In this document: one piece after another, positions 19,240-29,108 of the stretch
How the letters are laid out: each line of letters starts with the position of its first letter
How positions within the stretch are numbered: position 1 is the stretch's first letter
IMG/VR virus record: IMGVR_UViG_3300029267_004162
Coordinates: 62,001-126,000 of that record
Strand: one strand, 5' to 3'
Length of the DNA: 64,000 bases
Position numbers and translations under genes: made by a program
The notes under the pieces: generated by a model
Seen by the model: the letters and a program-made list of their open reading frames with translations, nothing else
Told to the model about the DNA's origin: nothing
Databases searched by the model: none

Positions 19240-22200
19240 TTAGTAAACACCCTGTTCATCCGGGACCAAATAACGACCCAGGACCGGTGCGATGAACGCT
19301 TGAGCAGGAGTAATCTCTCCAAAACCAGACCGATTTACACCGGTAAACAATTTGAGGACACCTGCATCATTGACCAGGTTAACCAAGGCGACTAGACCCG
19401 AAGTAATAGGAGGTAGACCAGTGAGAGTAGCCCTACCAGCCTGCGGGGTAGACCAAGTAACACGAGTTACTGATTCGTCTATGTTTTCCACAGAGTTGGG
19501 GAATACATCGGTCCAGGTACCCATGACATCTTCATAGAACTTGGCAGTCACAACACGTGTGCCGAATCCATGTGTGATGGTCCATACGGTAGATGGAATG
19601 GTTTGATTATGAACCAATTGACTACCGGTGTCACTCTTAGGCTCAAGCAAGTCACCCTTGGGATAAGCAAGAGCGGTTACCTTATCGATCCACACCCCGG
19701 CTATAGGAATATCTGACACGAAGGGATAAGACTTCAAGTCCATGACTGCGGTATCACCACGCACATACAGGGATGGGTCAAGAGCAGCGTTGCGACCAGC
19801 ATCACCAATGATGTGTTTAACACCACCGAACTGAGGGAAGACCTGACCAATGGGGGTCAAGTAATTGGCACCCGGATTAGCTGTACCATCTGTTGTGGCT
19901 ATAAAGCGACCTTCAGATAAGAAGTAAAGCTGATCAGCGGTAGCTGTGGAGAGAAGCTGGAATTGTTCTTGTCTGGGCAACATGTTGTACCAGACTCGAA
20001 TTATATCTGATTGATCCAGGTGACGGCTTTGGATTACACCTAGGTAAGCACTAGGTGCCACACCTGTTACCAGACTACCGTTTCGTGTTCCCGTGGTGGT
20101 TTGATAAACAAAGCTGCCTACCTCCAAGTTGCCTCCGGCTGGAACCGGACCAACTCGATCACGGGTTAACATGCGAACGAAGCCACGCATTCCCGGACGC
20201 CAATCAAGATAAACCTGACCTGGTTCCATGGGATGAATGGTCAGGGTATCGCCCGGATTAATGGCTCCACTAAAAGCACTATCAACCTCGACTTCTTGCG
20301 TGGTGTGATCATAGGCAATGATGAGACGAAGCTCTCCAGCCGAACCGGTAGACGAGCCAATAACCTGTAACCATTCACCCACGTACGATCCAGCAACAGT
20401 AGAACCGCTGGTCAAGATGACATGCGTAGGAGCACCACCGGGTGTGGAGCTAGTGGCAACGCCATTGAAAGTAAAGTTATCCAGATTAACCAAGTCCCCA
20501 TCGATAAGGGGATAAGCAGTAGAACCATCTTCAGCTAGAAGGGGCAGGCCCTCGGTAACGTGGCGGAAACCACCGCCAGCGGGATAAAGAATTTGACACC
20601 AGATTACGCAAGTTTCACCGGAGTGAGCAGCGTGATCAGTTACATCGACCACACAAGCTGCTGAACTAGTGCCCAGGCCGCTCCAAGGAGTTGACAGAAC
20701 CACTGACGAAATGTTACCTGATGCGTCCACCCAATGCATAATTGGGGCTGTAGTATGGACATATGGGTCTCCGCTCAGAGAAGTTGTATTCAGAGTAACT
20801 GCTCGACTGGAGGGGTCATATGTCAGGAGATTAGCGGGATTTTCTGAGCCAGGTAGACCTTGAGTAAAGCGGCTCACCATATCCATGAGATTAGCTTTAT
20901 CTGACCAGTGATTTCGGCAGTTGTCTGGGAACATGGTCAGAGAAGCATCATTACCCTCATCCAGCCAAACACCGACTTGGTGTCCAGCACCGAAAGGATT
21001 GTTAGTCCCAATGCCCCCGCCTGTTAGCATGTTGGTACCTCGGATACCATTTCCAGAGATGGCACCAGAAGCAACACCAAACTCATCCTCTCCCCAATCC
21101 ACCACGTTTTGGCCAGACAGTAAAGCCTGCGACATGGATTCCATGATAGTTGAAAGGCCATTCAACAGCACTGTATGACGGAAGTCACAAATGTCCTGAG
21201 GATAGACCACATCAAAGAATTGGGCGTCTGGACGACCGTTCTGGCCACCACCACCGGCTAGACTGCCTTGGGTACCATCAGCGGTATTCAGGGCAGAACC
21301 ATTGCCATTGGTATGACTCCAAATGTCTTGGTTACGACGGTGGATACCACACAGAGGAATAGCGTAGACAAAACCATCGACAGTTTCTAGACCAGAACCA
21401 GTTTTGTCTCCAGCCCCACCAGTACCAGCCCGGAATAACATGGTATCACCCAACAGTTCATTCATCTGCTGGAAGATTTTACCAGAGACGGGTGCGCCAG
21501 TTGCGCCACGTGCCTCAACGGCTGCGTTATCGATACCGAATGGTGTAGCACCGGCTGGATCGAGCCAATCAGCACTGGCTGGACCATCAATTACACGAAC
21601 ACGATATCGGATTTGGAAATATTGGCCATTGGTTTGGTGGCCAATGGTACTTACTACGGCAGGATCCACAGGATCAGCAACTGAGCCACCAACGTAATCA
21701 ACGTTGCCATACGGGAAGAACGTTGGACTGGTAGTGCTGACTTCTTCCATCCAGACTTCTAGGAAGACCAAGTCCTGCCGATACCCAGTTCCAGGGGCGG
21801 CTGACAAAGTAATAGGGAATTCCCAACCGCTGGTATCGTCTTGAATCAACGACAGAAGAGTGCCATTGACCAGAGCCAATGGTGCTTCTCGGCCAATATC
21901 GTGGCGAGCGAGCAGGAATTGATTGGCGACGGTTAGATCACAATAGACACCAGGGAATGCGGGAGTAAGACCAGCAAAGGGTCTACGTGAACCCAAATTA
22001 GTGAAACCGCTCTTACCAAGTGCTTGGGCCAAACCGCGAAGACGACCCAAGGCGTTTTCACCACTAGCAAGTAAACTACTAGCAGAGGAAACAGGTTCCC
22101 AGGCGGAATTGCCACCCACATAGAAAACACCTGCACCAATGTCATACAGGAGCCTACCTAGATCGGCAGGATTACTGTAGGTAGGGAGAGAATTAGGTGG

Positions 22201-22263
22201 AACGGAAGTATCCACCCTCTGGACGATGATTGGCCCAGTTGCTTCAATTTTATGAAACTTCAT
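19240..22263 (-). CDS. Large tail fibre / baseplate-associated structural protein
   Basis: 1007 aa, G/S/T/P-rich; RQDLVFLEVW...YRVRVIDG and YAIPLCGIHRRN...RPDAQFFD motifs typical of myovirus fibre/baseplate proteins. Confidence 0.7.
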   Translation of the reverse strand: MKFHKIEATGPIIVQRVDTSVPPNSLPTYSNPADLGRLLYDIGAGVFYVGGNSAWEPVSSASSLLASGENALGRLRGLAQALGKSGFTNLGSRRPFAGLTPAFPGVYCDLTVANQFLLARHDIGREAPLALVNGTLLSLIQDDTSGWEFPITLSAAPGTGYRQDLVFLEVWMEEVSTTSPTFFPYGNVDYVGGSVADPVDPAVVSTIGHQTNGQYFQIRYRVRVIDGPASADWLDPAGATPFGIDNAAVEARGATGAPVSGKIFQQMNELLGDTMLFRAGTGGAGDKTGSGLETVDGFVYAIPLCGIHRRNQDIWSHTNGNGSALNTADGTQGSLAGGGGQNGRPDAQFFDVVYPQDICDFRHTVLLNGLSTIMESMSQALLSGQNVVDWGEDEFGVASGAISGNGIRGTNMLTGGGIGTNNPFGAGHQVGVWLDEGNDASLTMFPDNCRNHWSDKANLMDMVSRFTQGLPGSENPANLLTYDPSSRAVTLNTTSLSGDPYVHTTAPIMHWVDASGNISSVVLSTPWSGLGTSSAACVVDVTDHAAHSGETCVIWCQILYPAGGGFRHVTEGLPLLAEDGSTAYPLIDGDLVNLDNFTFNGVATSSTPGGAPTHVILTSGSTVAGSYVGEWLQVIGSSTGSAGELRLIIAYDHTTQEVEVDSAFSGAINPGDTLTIHPMEPGQVYLDWRPGMRGFVRMLTRDRVGPVPAGGNLEVGSFVYQTTTGTRNGSLVTGVAPSAYLGVIQSRHLDQSDIIRVWYNMLPRQEQFQLLSTATADQLYFLSEGRFIATTDGTANPGANYLTPIGQVFPQFGGVKHIIGDAGRNAALDPSLYVRGDTAVMDLKSYPFVSDIPIAGVWIDKVTALAYPKGDLLEPKSDTGSQLVHNQTIPSTVWTITHGFGTRVVTAKFYEDVMGTWTDVFPNSVENIDESVTRVTWSTPQAGRATLTGLPPITSGLVALVNLVNDAGVLKLFTGVNRSGFGEITPAQAFIAPVLGRYLVPDEQGVY

Positions 22264-22270
22264 CTAGTTT

Positions 22271-22321
22271 CTCCTTCGTGGTAACTTGTCCCGATTCAAC
22301 ACCATGTTGAATCGTCGAAGG
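22271..22321 (-). promoter_or_regulatory. Structured 5' leader occluding the SD, copy 1
   Basis: CCTTCG-A-[CGATTCAACA TGG TGTTGAATCG]-GGACAAGTTACCA-CGAAGG-AG, 7 nt before the ATG of the 1007-aa gene. Confidence 0.75.
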
Positions 22322-22330
22322 TACATAGAC

Positions 22331-23371
22331 CTAATGGACTGGTTTTTGTTGCCCCTTCCGACGAATAGCTTGATTCAAGGCTTTGTTCTGTGTGACGAGT
22401 TTACGAATTTCAGTTTGTCCGCTTGCTAGACCTTTGAGTATTTCCAGCATCCTATCGATAGATTTCTCCAATCTCTTGATGTCACCCTTACCCCGGAGAA
22501 AATCAAAGAGCCCCGATTGAATAGGAGTGCTTTCTACTATTTCTGATACCGTGGCTAGTTCAGCGTAGATTCGATCCCACGGATCTGGATGGCATTCGGC
22601 CAGCAACAAACATTGTGAGGCCAATACTGATTTGATAGGCCCGGACTGATTACCAATTACTTGAACTGGGCAATTTAGGGCCATGGCTACGTTTTGTGGA
22701 GCTTGTTGTTCAAATGGGCTACTGTGCCACTTCCAATACAAAGACCCCGACCCAGGCTGACTGAGCGTGTCCCTGATCTTCTGGCCATTATCTCGATAAG
22801 GGATTTTCTGGGAGCCAAACCAGAATTCGGCGATTTGGGATCCAGTTTGGCCTCGCCAAACATCAAACCCTTTCTTCCTGATTTCCTCTAGATCGGGGGT
22901 TTGATTGAGGAGGTGATAGGTAGCTTGGCTTGGGGACTCCATCACCTCTAGTACAATGGCATCCCCAGGTAAACCGGGGAATTCGACCAACAAACGATTT
23001 GGGAACCCTTTGGTTTTCTGTCCCAGAAACCTGGACTCCCGAAGTGGTTTCGGACCGATCATCTGTCTAACTGATTCAATAATCGGGGTTGCCCAGTTTT
23101 TTGGATTGGAAGAGACCACACGGCGCTGCTCACCAGCCAAAGTGATAACAGCCGAAAGGCTTTTATTTTTTTGTAATAGAACAACCAAATCACTAGGACG
23201 AAAATGGACACCAACTTCAAAAGGTTTCTTGCCCACAGCCGCTTTGTATAGCAGAGTGAGTATCCCTTTGTTTTGTTTAGCAGAATAAATCTCGGCTTGG
23301 TTAGTGACCAGCCTTATTTCGCGGAGCAAGGGCTTGACTAAATTGGTTTTGATTCGCTTTAAGACAGTCAT
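22331..23371 (-). CDS. Hypothetical protein
   Basis: 346-aa ORF, C-terminal coiled coil. Confidence 0.7.
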   Translation of the reverse strand: MTVLKRIKTNLVKPLLREIRLVTNQAEIYSAKQNKGILTLLYKAAVGKKPFEVGVHFRPSDLVVLLQKNKSLSAVITLAGEQRRVVSSNPKNWATPIIESVRQMIGPKPLRESRFLGQKTKGFPNRLLVEFPGLPGDAIVLEVMESPSQATYHLLNQTPDLEEIRKKGFDVWRGQTGSQIAEFWFGSQKIPYRDNGQKIRDTLSQPGSGSLYWKWHSSPFEQQAPQNVAMALNCPVQVIGNQSGPIKSVLASQCLLLAECHPDPWDRIYAELATVSEIVESTPIQSGLFDFLRGKGDIKRLEKSIDRMLEILKGLASGQTEIRKLVTQNKALNQAIRRKGQQKPVH

Positions 23372-23379
23372 TATAAGAC

Positions 23380-23961
23380 CTACTTATTGGGGGTACCGAT
23401 TGGACCCTCGGTCCGTTCCCTTGCCCATTTTCCACTATAACCTTTACCCCAGGTATTAGTGCCTTGGCGGAAAGTACGTCCACCCATTGTACGAACTTGC
23501 ATCCGACGATCACGAGCAGACATACCCGCCATGCCTTTGCCAAAACGACCCTGAGGACTGGTATTCCATCCGCGTCCCAAGTAGCTACGTTCGAATGGCT
23601 GGTGGGGCATGGTAGCTACGAATCCAATATAATGTAATTGGTTATCGAATAGCCCCTTTTCAATACCCACTCGAAGCTTGTCATACAACAGAGCAATTTT
23701 GTTGAGAGGATTCATGCCCACTTCGATCACAATAGGATCTGAAGCGAACTGGACTGCTGCTCTTGCTGGCCACGGCATAGTTCCGTGCTCAAATCGCATA
23801 GCAGACATCCAGTGGTGTGGAATGTCCTTGAATTGCGCACTGAGAGTATACTGCGGCATCATCAGATAGAAGATACCCCAGTCATTATGGAATCCCTCAA
23901 ATATGGGATTCGGAATATGCTGTAGTTGCAAATCAGGACGAATAGTGAGGGTCTGTGACAT
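23380..23961 (-). CDS. Hypothetical protein with Arg/Gly-rich tail
   Basis: Start moved to MSQTL (SD AAGGAG inside the structured leader). Confidence 0.7.
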   Translation of the reverse strand: MSQTLTIRPDLQLQHIPNPIFEGFHNDWGIFYLMMPQYTLSAQFKDIPHHWMSAMRFEHGTMPWPARAAVQFASDPIVIEVGMNPLNKIALLYDKLRVGIEKGLFDNQLHYIGFVATMPHQPFERSYLGRGWNTSPQGRFGKGMAGMSARDRRMQVRTMGGRTFRQGTNTWGKGYSGKWARERTEGPIGTPNK

Positions 23962-23969
23962 ACTAAAAA

Positions 23970-24015
23970 CTCCTTCGTGGTAACTTTGTCCCGGCACCAC
24001 TTAGCCGTCGAAGGA
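23970..24015 (-). promoter_or_regulatory. Structured 5' leader occluding the SD, copy 2
   Basis: TCCTTCG-A-[CGGC TAAGTGGT GCCG]-GGACAAAGTTACCA-CGAAGGA-G, 8 nt before the ATG at 23961. Confidence 0.75.
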
Positions 24016-24020
24016 AAGGG

Positions 24021-25289
24021 TTATTGTGATTGTTGTTCTATATAAGTCTTAATTCTGTTTACAAATTGCTTATAATTGGTCTTCCCCTCCGTAAAGACAA
24101 ACACTCTATAGCCTGCTTTTTTCAATTTCGACATTTTAGTTTTAATAGCCTGTTGTCTTTTCTTATCCCCATAGAGGAAATCGGACTGGTGCGCGGTTCC
24201 ATCATACTCCACCACCAGGTTTAATTTGTGATTAATGGCATCTACGACTGCCCGAAGATTATCTATGCCAGGGGATTTCCTTCGTTCAAAAAGAACACCT
24301 GTATCACGTTGCAAAGTGCTGATAAATGTTTCTTCGGCTCCACTACTAATCTTGGTCAGACCTAATCGCCGAATAAACTCTGACCAATTCCCAAAGACAT
24401 GTTCTGCATGGGCAGCAGTGTACCGTTTACTATGTTTGTTAAAGAGGGGACGAGTCAAGAACTCTCTTCCCGTGTCTTGCTTGATCAGTTTTACGATCCG
24501 GCGACCTTCCAACATCAAAGCCATATCTGGCTTCACCAAGGAACGGTCCATAATTTTGTGTGTTTTGACATCTTGAGTTTTGGTGATATAAGTGGTGTGT
24601 TGTTCCGGTACAAAAACATCTTCCCACCCCTTAGTGGTTTTACACCGAAAAATGTACCCCAACCGAGCGTGGCCATCTAGTAGAACAACTGAGTGTTTCT
24701 CATCAGCTTTCTTAGTTTTACGAAGTTTATGGCCTTTTCGTAAACTTAACTTGGTTTGAATCCGGTCACGACCCGTATTGAGGCCATAAGCGATAGCCTC
24801 TGGTACCCACACCTTAATTTTGTCGTCTACGAATTGAACTTGAACCAAACCACGTTTGGGATTAAAATCAATTGTCTTTGCCCAGAACCATGCTAATCCA
24901 CCTGTCTTAGCAGCTACGGGATTGTCATTTTTATCGAGCCAGATTTTGACCTTCTTATTTAAGGATCGTTTAAGAGTCCACTTACGGGCCTTGTCTTGAA
25001 CTACTCGATAAACTGTCATAGGACGAATAGTAGAGTATTCACCACCAGGACTAGCCATTCCTACTGCCATCGCTTGGAGATCATGGCGAGTATAAAATCC
25101 TGGAGCAGGACCAAGCCCAATCTTCTCTAAAGCCTCGACAAACCGAGAGAATTGACTCCGCTTGGGAAACCTATGCACATATTCTGGCCAAGTAGTAGAG
25201 GTGGTGGGTCGACCTTTTCCCGGCCAATCCAAAAACTCTTCTAGGTGAATACTGGTACCTATGCGTTGTAGTAGCTGAGTGAAAGTCAT
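24021..25289 (-). CDS. Protein with C-terminal Vsr/DUF559-like PD-(D/E)xK nuclease domain (homing-endonuclease-like)
   Basis: AEHVFGNWSEFIRRLGL repeat-like segment, then SSGAEE...VDAINHKLNLVVEYDGTAH...K...LKKAGYRVFVF. Confidence 0.65.
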   Translation of the reverse strand: MTFTQLLQRIGTSIHLEEFLDWPGKGRPTTSTTWPEYVHRFPKRSQFSRFVEALEKIGLGPAPGFYTRHDLQAMAVGMASPGGEYSTIRPMTVYRVVQDKARKWTLKRSLNKKVKIWLDKNDNPVAAKTGGLAWFWAKTIDFNPKRGLVQVQFVDDKIKVWVPEAIAYGLNTGRDRIQTKLSLRKGHKLRKTKKADEKHSVVLLDGHARLGYIFRCKTTKGWEDVFVPEQHTTYITKTQDVKTHKIMDRSLVKPDMALMLEGRRIVKLIKQDTGREFLTRPLFNKHSKRYTAAHAEHVFGNWSEFIRRLGLTKISSGAEETFISTLQRDTGVLFERRKSPGIDNLRAVVDAINHKLNLVVEYDGTAHQSDFLYGDKKRQQAIKTKMSKLKKAGYRVFVFTEGKTNYKQFVNRIKTYIEQQSQ

Positions 25290-26164
25290 TAGTACATCAC
25301 ATCAATAGGAACATCGAATTCGTCTTCCAGAGCGATTTTGAGACGACTGTCTCGATACCCGGAAATCCAGTAGAGATAGACGACTTCATTCTTTCTCTTC
25401 AACCATCGCTTGATTTGATCTAGTTTAACCAAGCGATGTTGGGATTTACCAAAGAAAATTATTGCACGAACTGCGTGCCCACCCGTACTAAGTTGAAGTT
25501 TTTCAATTCCCTCGTAATCTTCTATGATGGTTTGTGGATCGTAGTGATCACCCATCAAAGCATAGCTGTGTCCACCGGCTAAGCCCTTTTTGAAAGGGGG
25601 CGCACCTTTAATTTCAATCCAGTGAGAATCAATTGTCTTAGGAAGACGGGTGGCAAAAGCCCGAGGGACCCTAAAAGTCTGATAAGACCTACCGTCTTCG
25701 GCTTTGTTGCCCCTCCTCAGAGGCTTCTTAACGACCGCCGATGCCGTTGTATCTAGTTTTTTAGTTAAACTTTCTACCTCTCGAAAGAGGGTGGGGAGAA
25801 AAGCCCGTTTGTCTTTGGGTTTGATCACCCTCTTTTGAGTATTAATAGAAATTACAGCCTTAGTGATTTTAGGATCACCACGAGAAGGATGACGCATTTC
25901 TGCCCGTGACACGTGGATGTGAAATTCGATGAGTTGAATTCGCTTACGCCATTCTGCTTTTAAGTAAGCAGAAAACACCCTGCCATCGTATTCCAAAGGA
26001 TCCCGAATATCGATATCCTGAAACCCAAGTCTCTGTAATTCAATAACTAATGGTCGCAAATAGTCAAGAGTGTATTGTTCCAGTAAAGACTCAATAAGGT
26101 TTTCCACCGTTTGAGTCGTAGCGGTCAGATAAGCAACGGCTGTACTAAACATACTAAACCCCAA
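25289..26164 (-). CDS. Hypothetical protein (start may be 26152)
   Basis: 291-aa ORF; TAATG coupling. Confidence 0.65.
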   Translation of the reverse strand: MGFSMFSTAVAYLTATTQTVENLIESLLEQYTLDYLRPLVIELQRLGFQDIDIRDPLEYDGRVFSAYLKAEWRKRIQLIEFHIHVSRAEMRHPSRGDPKITKAVISINTQKRVIKPKDKRAFLPTLFREVESLTKKLDTTASAVVKKPLRRGNKAEDGRSYQTFRVPRAFATRLPKTIDSHWIEIKGAPPFKKGLAGGHSYALMGDHYDPQTIIEDYEGIEKLQLSTGGHAVRAIIFFGKSQHRLVKLDQIKRWLKRKNEVVYLYWISGYRDSRLKIALEDEFDVPIDVMY

Positions 26165-27497
26165 TTACGAATCCGGAGTCCGTGACCCCAATGTCAGAGT
26201 GTAAGTAGCCCTCATTAACATGTGGCCAATAAGGTTTCATGATAGGTGGCTCAAACAGAATGTCATAGTCCTGCCACAACCGATCATCATTAGCCACTAA
26301 CAGGACACTGAATTGCATATACCCGAGGGGTAAACTAGGTTGCAATCCCGAAATAGCAACTGGGGCTCCTGTTTCACTGCGAATAGTTACCCGAATTGAT
26401 TCAACGGGTTTCTCCAATAGGGAAGGCCCTAAAAACCGCAGAACCTCTTGCCCAGAAAAGGTTCTCTCTTGTATGGGATTGGGATAGAACTGTACCTGGA
26501 TACTAGCAGTCTGATTACAACGAACGCTGGCCAGGTAGTAATCTACCTGATGATTAGGCCAAACAGGATTACAAGTAGTTTCGATTGTACAAGAGTGATC
26601 TGTAGTGGTAGCGGGATGCATCCACAAGTTGCTACCATCAAAGTCCAGTTCACCCCGAAGTAAATCCCAAAGAAGCATGTTTCCTGCATCGATGGGTTGG
26701 TTTAAAACGACCAACTCTTGCTTGGTACCTGGCGGTGTTAATTCCTGCTCAAAGAACAGGGCTTTAGTGGGACTGTATAAGCGAACAGTCCAGTAGCAGG
26801 TATAGTCCAGTTTCAAGTGGGTAGCTATCGGCAATTCCAAAATGAAGGGACTCTGCGGCAGGTTATTCATCAACAGAAACTGTTCGCTCTCATAGTAAGG
26901 AGAGGCTAACAGATAAACCTCTTGGTCTAAATCCTTGTTGTGGATGATCTGCCGAACTATCAGTTCTGTTTCATCTTCCCCATAGTTGACCCGCTCGACT
27001 TCAAAAATTGAATCCCCGATTTGGACTCGGTCATGGCGAATGAAAGGATAACCACCATCAGACAGAGAAGGACGCACTCGAAAAGCGTGGTCCGAGATGA
27101 TGTCTACCAATTCTAGGGGGGCGGCTGCTAAGTTAGCCCAAAACTGGTTACTAACTTCCTCTCTTAAGCCTGGGGTAATCACACAAGCCCCGGTGGAATC
27201 AGTCCCCTCATAGGTGTGTTGATTACCGTTGATGTCCAAAATCGAGCCTGGGTCAGCCCCACAACTATTGAAAAAACGGACTGTGGAATTACCCACGGGA
27301 TACATGGCGTCAAAACGATTGCTAGTTCCTGGCCCCATCACGATAGGATTAGACCCCACCGTTTTCAGAAACCTCCCTCTTGTAAGAGAGAAATCCGAAA
27401 TACACAGTTGGTGGAAGTTACCCCGGTAAATGGGTAAAACTTCCACCAACGGTATAACGGATTGGTCTAATTCTTTCTTAAGAAAAGAAGAAGGCAA
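26154..27497 (-). CDS. Hypothetical, probably tail/baseplate structural protein
   Basis: 447-aa beta-rich ORF directly downstream of tail tube gene. Confidence 0.55.
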   Translation of the reverse strand: MPSSFLKKELDQSVIPLVEVLPIYRGNFHQLCISDFSLTRGRFLKTVGSNPIVMGPGTSNRFDAMYPVGNSTVRFFNSCGADPGSILDINGNQHTYEGTDSTGACVITPGLREEVSNQFWANLAAAPLELVDIISDHAFRVRPSLSDGGYPFIRHDRVQIGDSIFEVERVNYGEDETELIVRQIIHNKDLDQEVYLLASPYYESEQFLLMNNLPQSPFILELPIATHLKLDYTCYWTVRLYSPTKALFFEQELTPPGTKQELVVLNQPIDAGNMLLWDLLRGELDFDGSNLWMHPATTTDHSCTIETTCNPVWPNHQVDYYLASVRCNQTASIQVQFYPNPIQERTFSGQEVLRFLGPSLLEKPVESIRVTIRSETGAPVAISGLQPSLPLGYMQFSVLLVANDDRLWQDYDILFEPPIMKPYWPHVNEGYLHSDIGVTDSGFVIGV

Positions 27498-27505
27498 AAT
27501 GGATC

Positions 27506-28096
27506 CTATCCATTGGATGTGAGATGACGAACCACATAGTTAATAGTAACCGAAGCTCGAACGGCGGGGTCAGATTCTGCCCCAAATTCATCGAGGGTCT
27601 TTTCTGTAAACCAACAACCACGATAGGTCCAAACACGATGATTGCCGTTTCCGCGCATCCAGACTTCATTACACTGGAAAGCTTGGGTTTGATCGCAAAG
27701 GTCGGACCATTCGACTGTCGGGTTGTCACGACCTTGGCCAACTGGGGCAAACCCCTGATCAACCGAGGCACCAAAAATGGTTTCTACTTCAGACAACCAG
27801 GTTTCAACGCGAGTACAAGTAATCTGACGACCAGATTCTTTACCAGGAACATAATCGATTGGACGGCCCCACGTTTGACTATTCAGCTCGTAAATGTGTA
27901 TACCTTCACGAGAAGCAAACGTAGGATTCCACCCTTGAATCCGACCAATGATCTCACCAGCCGCACCATTGGCCCCAACTTGAATGGAGATGCCGTGGTA
28001 AGTTTTGGTCATGTCCAGAACAACAGTCTGGTCAGCGGCGCCAGTTTGGACACCAAAAGTATTGGCTGCTGGATGCGGTGTGGCTTGAGCTGCCAA
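27506..28096 (-). CDS. Tail tube protein
   Basis: 196 aa, SD AGGAGG; IGRIQGWNP...IYELNS...IDYVPG...ITCTRVETW...WTYRGCWF pattern of contractile tail tubes. Confidence 0.7.
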   Translation of the reverse strand: MAAQATPHPAANTFGVQTGAADQTVVLDMTKTYHGISIQVGANGAAGEIIGRIQGWNPTFASREGIHIYELNSQTWGRPIDYVPGKESGRQITCTRVETWLSEVETIFGASVDQGFAPVGQGRDNPTVEWSDLCDQTQAFQCNEVWMRGNGNHRVWTYRGCWFTEKTLDEFGAESDPAVRASVTINYVVRHLTSNG

Positions 28097-28126
28097 GGTA
28101 CACCTCCTTATTCTAGAGAACTAACC

Positions 28127-28342
28127 TTATTTCGTAGGCATCCCGGTTGTCGCGTGGGGCGAATATCCGGCTGCTAGAAGACGGCTAATAGAAATCGCTA
28201 CGTCAGCGGGAATTTCTGCGTAATTACTCTTTTGCAAAGTATCAGTCAAAACACAATTGGTAGGTGGAGTATATGGGCTACCGTCGTCATATACAACATG
28301 ACCAACCCATTCGATATTAACGGTATTGAAAATTAGTCGCAT
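28127..28342 (-). CDS. Small hypothetical protein
   Basis: 71 aa with AGGAG SD. Confidence 0.55.
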   Translation of the reverse strand: MRLIFNTVNIEWVGHVVYDDGSPYTPPTNCVLTDTLQKSNYAEIPADVAISISRLLAAGYSPHATTGMPTK

Positions 28343-28411
28343 CCATTTTCTCCTGTTATTGAATTAGCGACTGGAACTAGTAAATTTCCTAAATACGCTA
28401 CGACCGAACTC

Positions 28412-28996
28412 TCAACTGTTCGATGCCCTCAACTCATCTCGCAAAGCAGTGTCGCCGTATTCTTTTTCATCCTGAGCCAATGAGGCTTGGATTACCAACT
28501 GAGATGGACGACCCGTTTGCTTGAAGTGTTGCAGCTTAGTTAGGAAATTGGTAAACCGGGATACATCTAGAGTGGGCGATTTCTCGCCTAGTCCAAGAGC
28601 ATACCGCAAAATGGTCTCGGGAGTCACATCCATACGCTCTTGTGGGGAAGTATATGGTGCTGTTCGTTCTCCCTGTGATCGTAATTGATCGGCTTGGGAA
28701 AGCAATTTTGCTGCTTTCTTTTCCATCGCACTGGCGAGTTGCAATAATTTGCTGGACATTCGAATATTCTCCGATTTAATTTTAGGTTGTGACCAACCCT
28801 GGGGAAGTTCCCTATTTCTTGATACTTCAATTCGTTTGTAGATATCAGTAGCTAAGCCATAGGCGTTGGCCTTTTTTAAGACCTGCTTGGCTTCTTCATG
28901 GGAAAGAATCTTACGTTTAGCGATGGAAGAAGCAGCAGCCTTAACTGCTTTTTTCCAACTCTCCTCGTTTCTTTTTGTTTTGACAAATGCTGGCAT
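28412..28996 (-). CDS. Hypothetical two-part protein (ChaB-like N-terminus; internal start at 28759)
   Basis: MPAFVKTKRNEESWKKA...AYGLATDIYKRI, then in-frame ATG with GGAG SD starting MSSKLLQLASAMEKKAAKLLSQADQL. Confidence 0.6.
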   Translation of the reverse strand: MPAFVKTKRNEESWKKAVKAAASSIAKRKILSHEEAKQVLKKANAYGLATDIYKRIEVSRNRELPQGWSQPKIKSENIRMSSKLLQLASAMEKKAAKLLSQADQLRSQGERTAPYTSPQERMDVTPETILRYALGLGEKSPTLDVSRFTNFLTKLQHFKQTGRPSQLVIQASLAQDEKEYGDTALRDELRASNS

Positions 28997-29015
28997 ATAC
29001 TTTCAGATTTTAAAA

Positions 29016-29106
29016 GGGGGCGAAGAGAGATTCGAACTCCCACGGCCCGTTCAACTAACGGGGTGCTACCCAAGTCGCTTTTCAACACGATTACATCATT
29101 CGCCCC
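29016..29106 (-). tRNA. Atypical tRNA-like element (8-bp acceptor, 5-bp T stem, no canonical D/anticodon arms)
   Basis: GGGGCGAA/TTCGCCCC stem, GGGAG-TTCGAAT-CTCTC T arm, CCCGTT/AACGGG hairpin; intergenic; no encoded CCA; anticodon not assignable. Confidence 0.5.
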
Positions 29107-29108
29107 AG

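Noticed and set aside
22271-22292. HDV-like ribozyme core on the plus strand (CUCCUUCGUGG)
   Set aside because: Required P1, P1.1 and P2 partners are not present in both copies; the minus-strand SD-sequestering fold explains the conservation better
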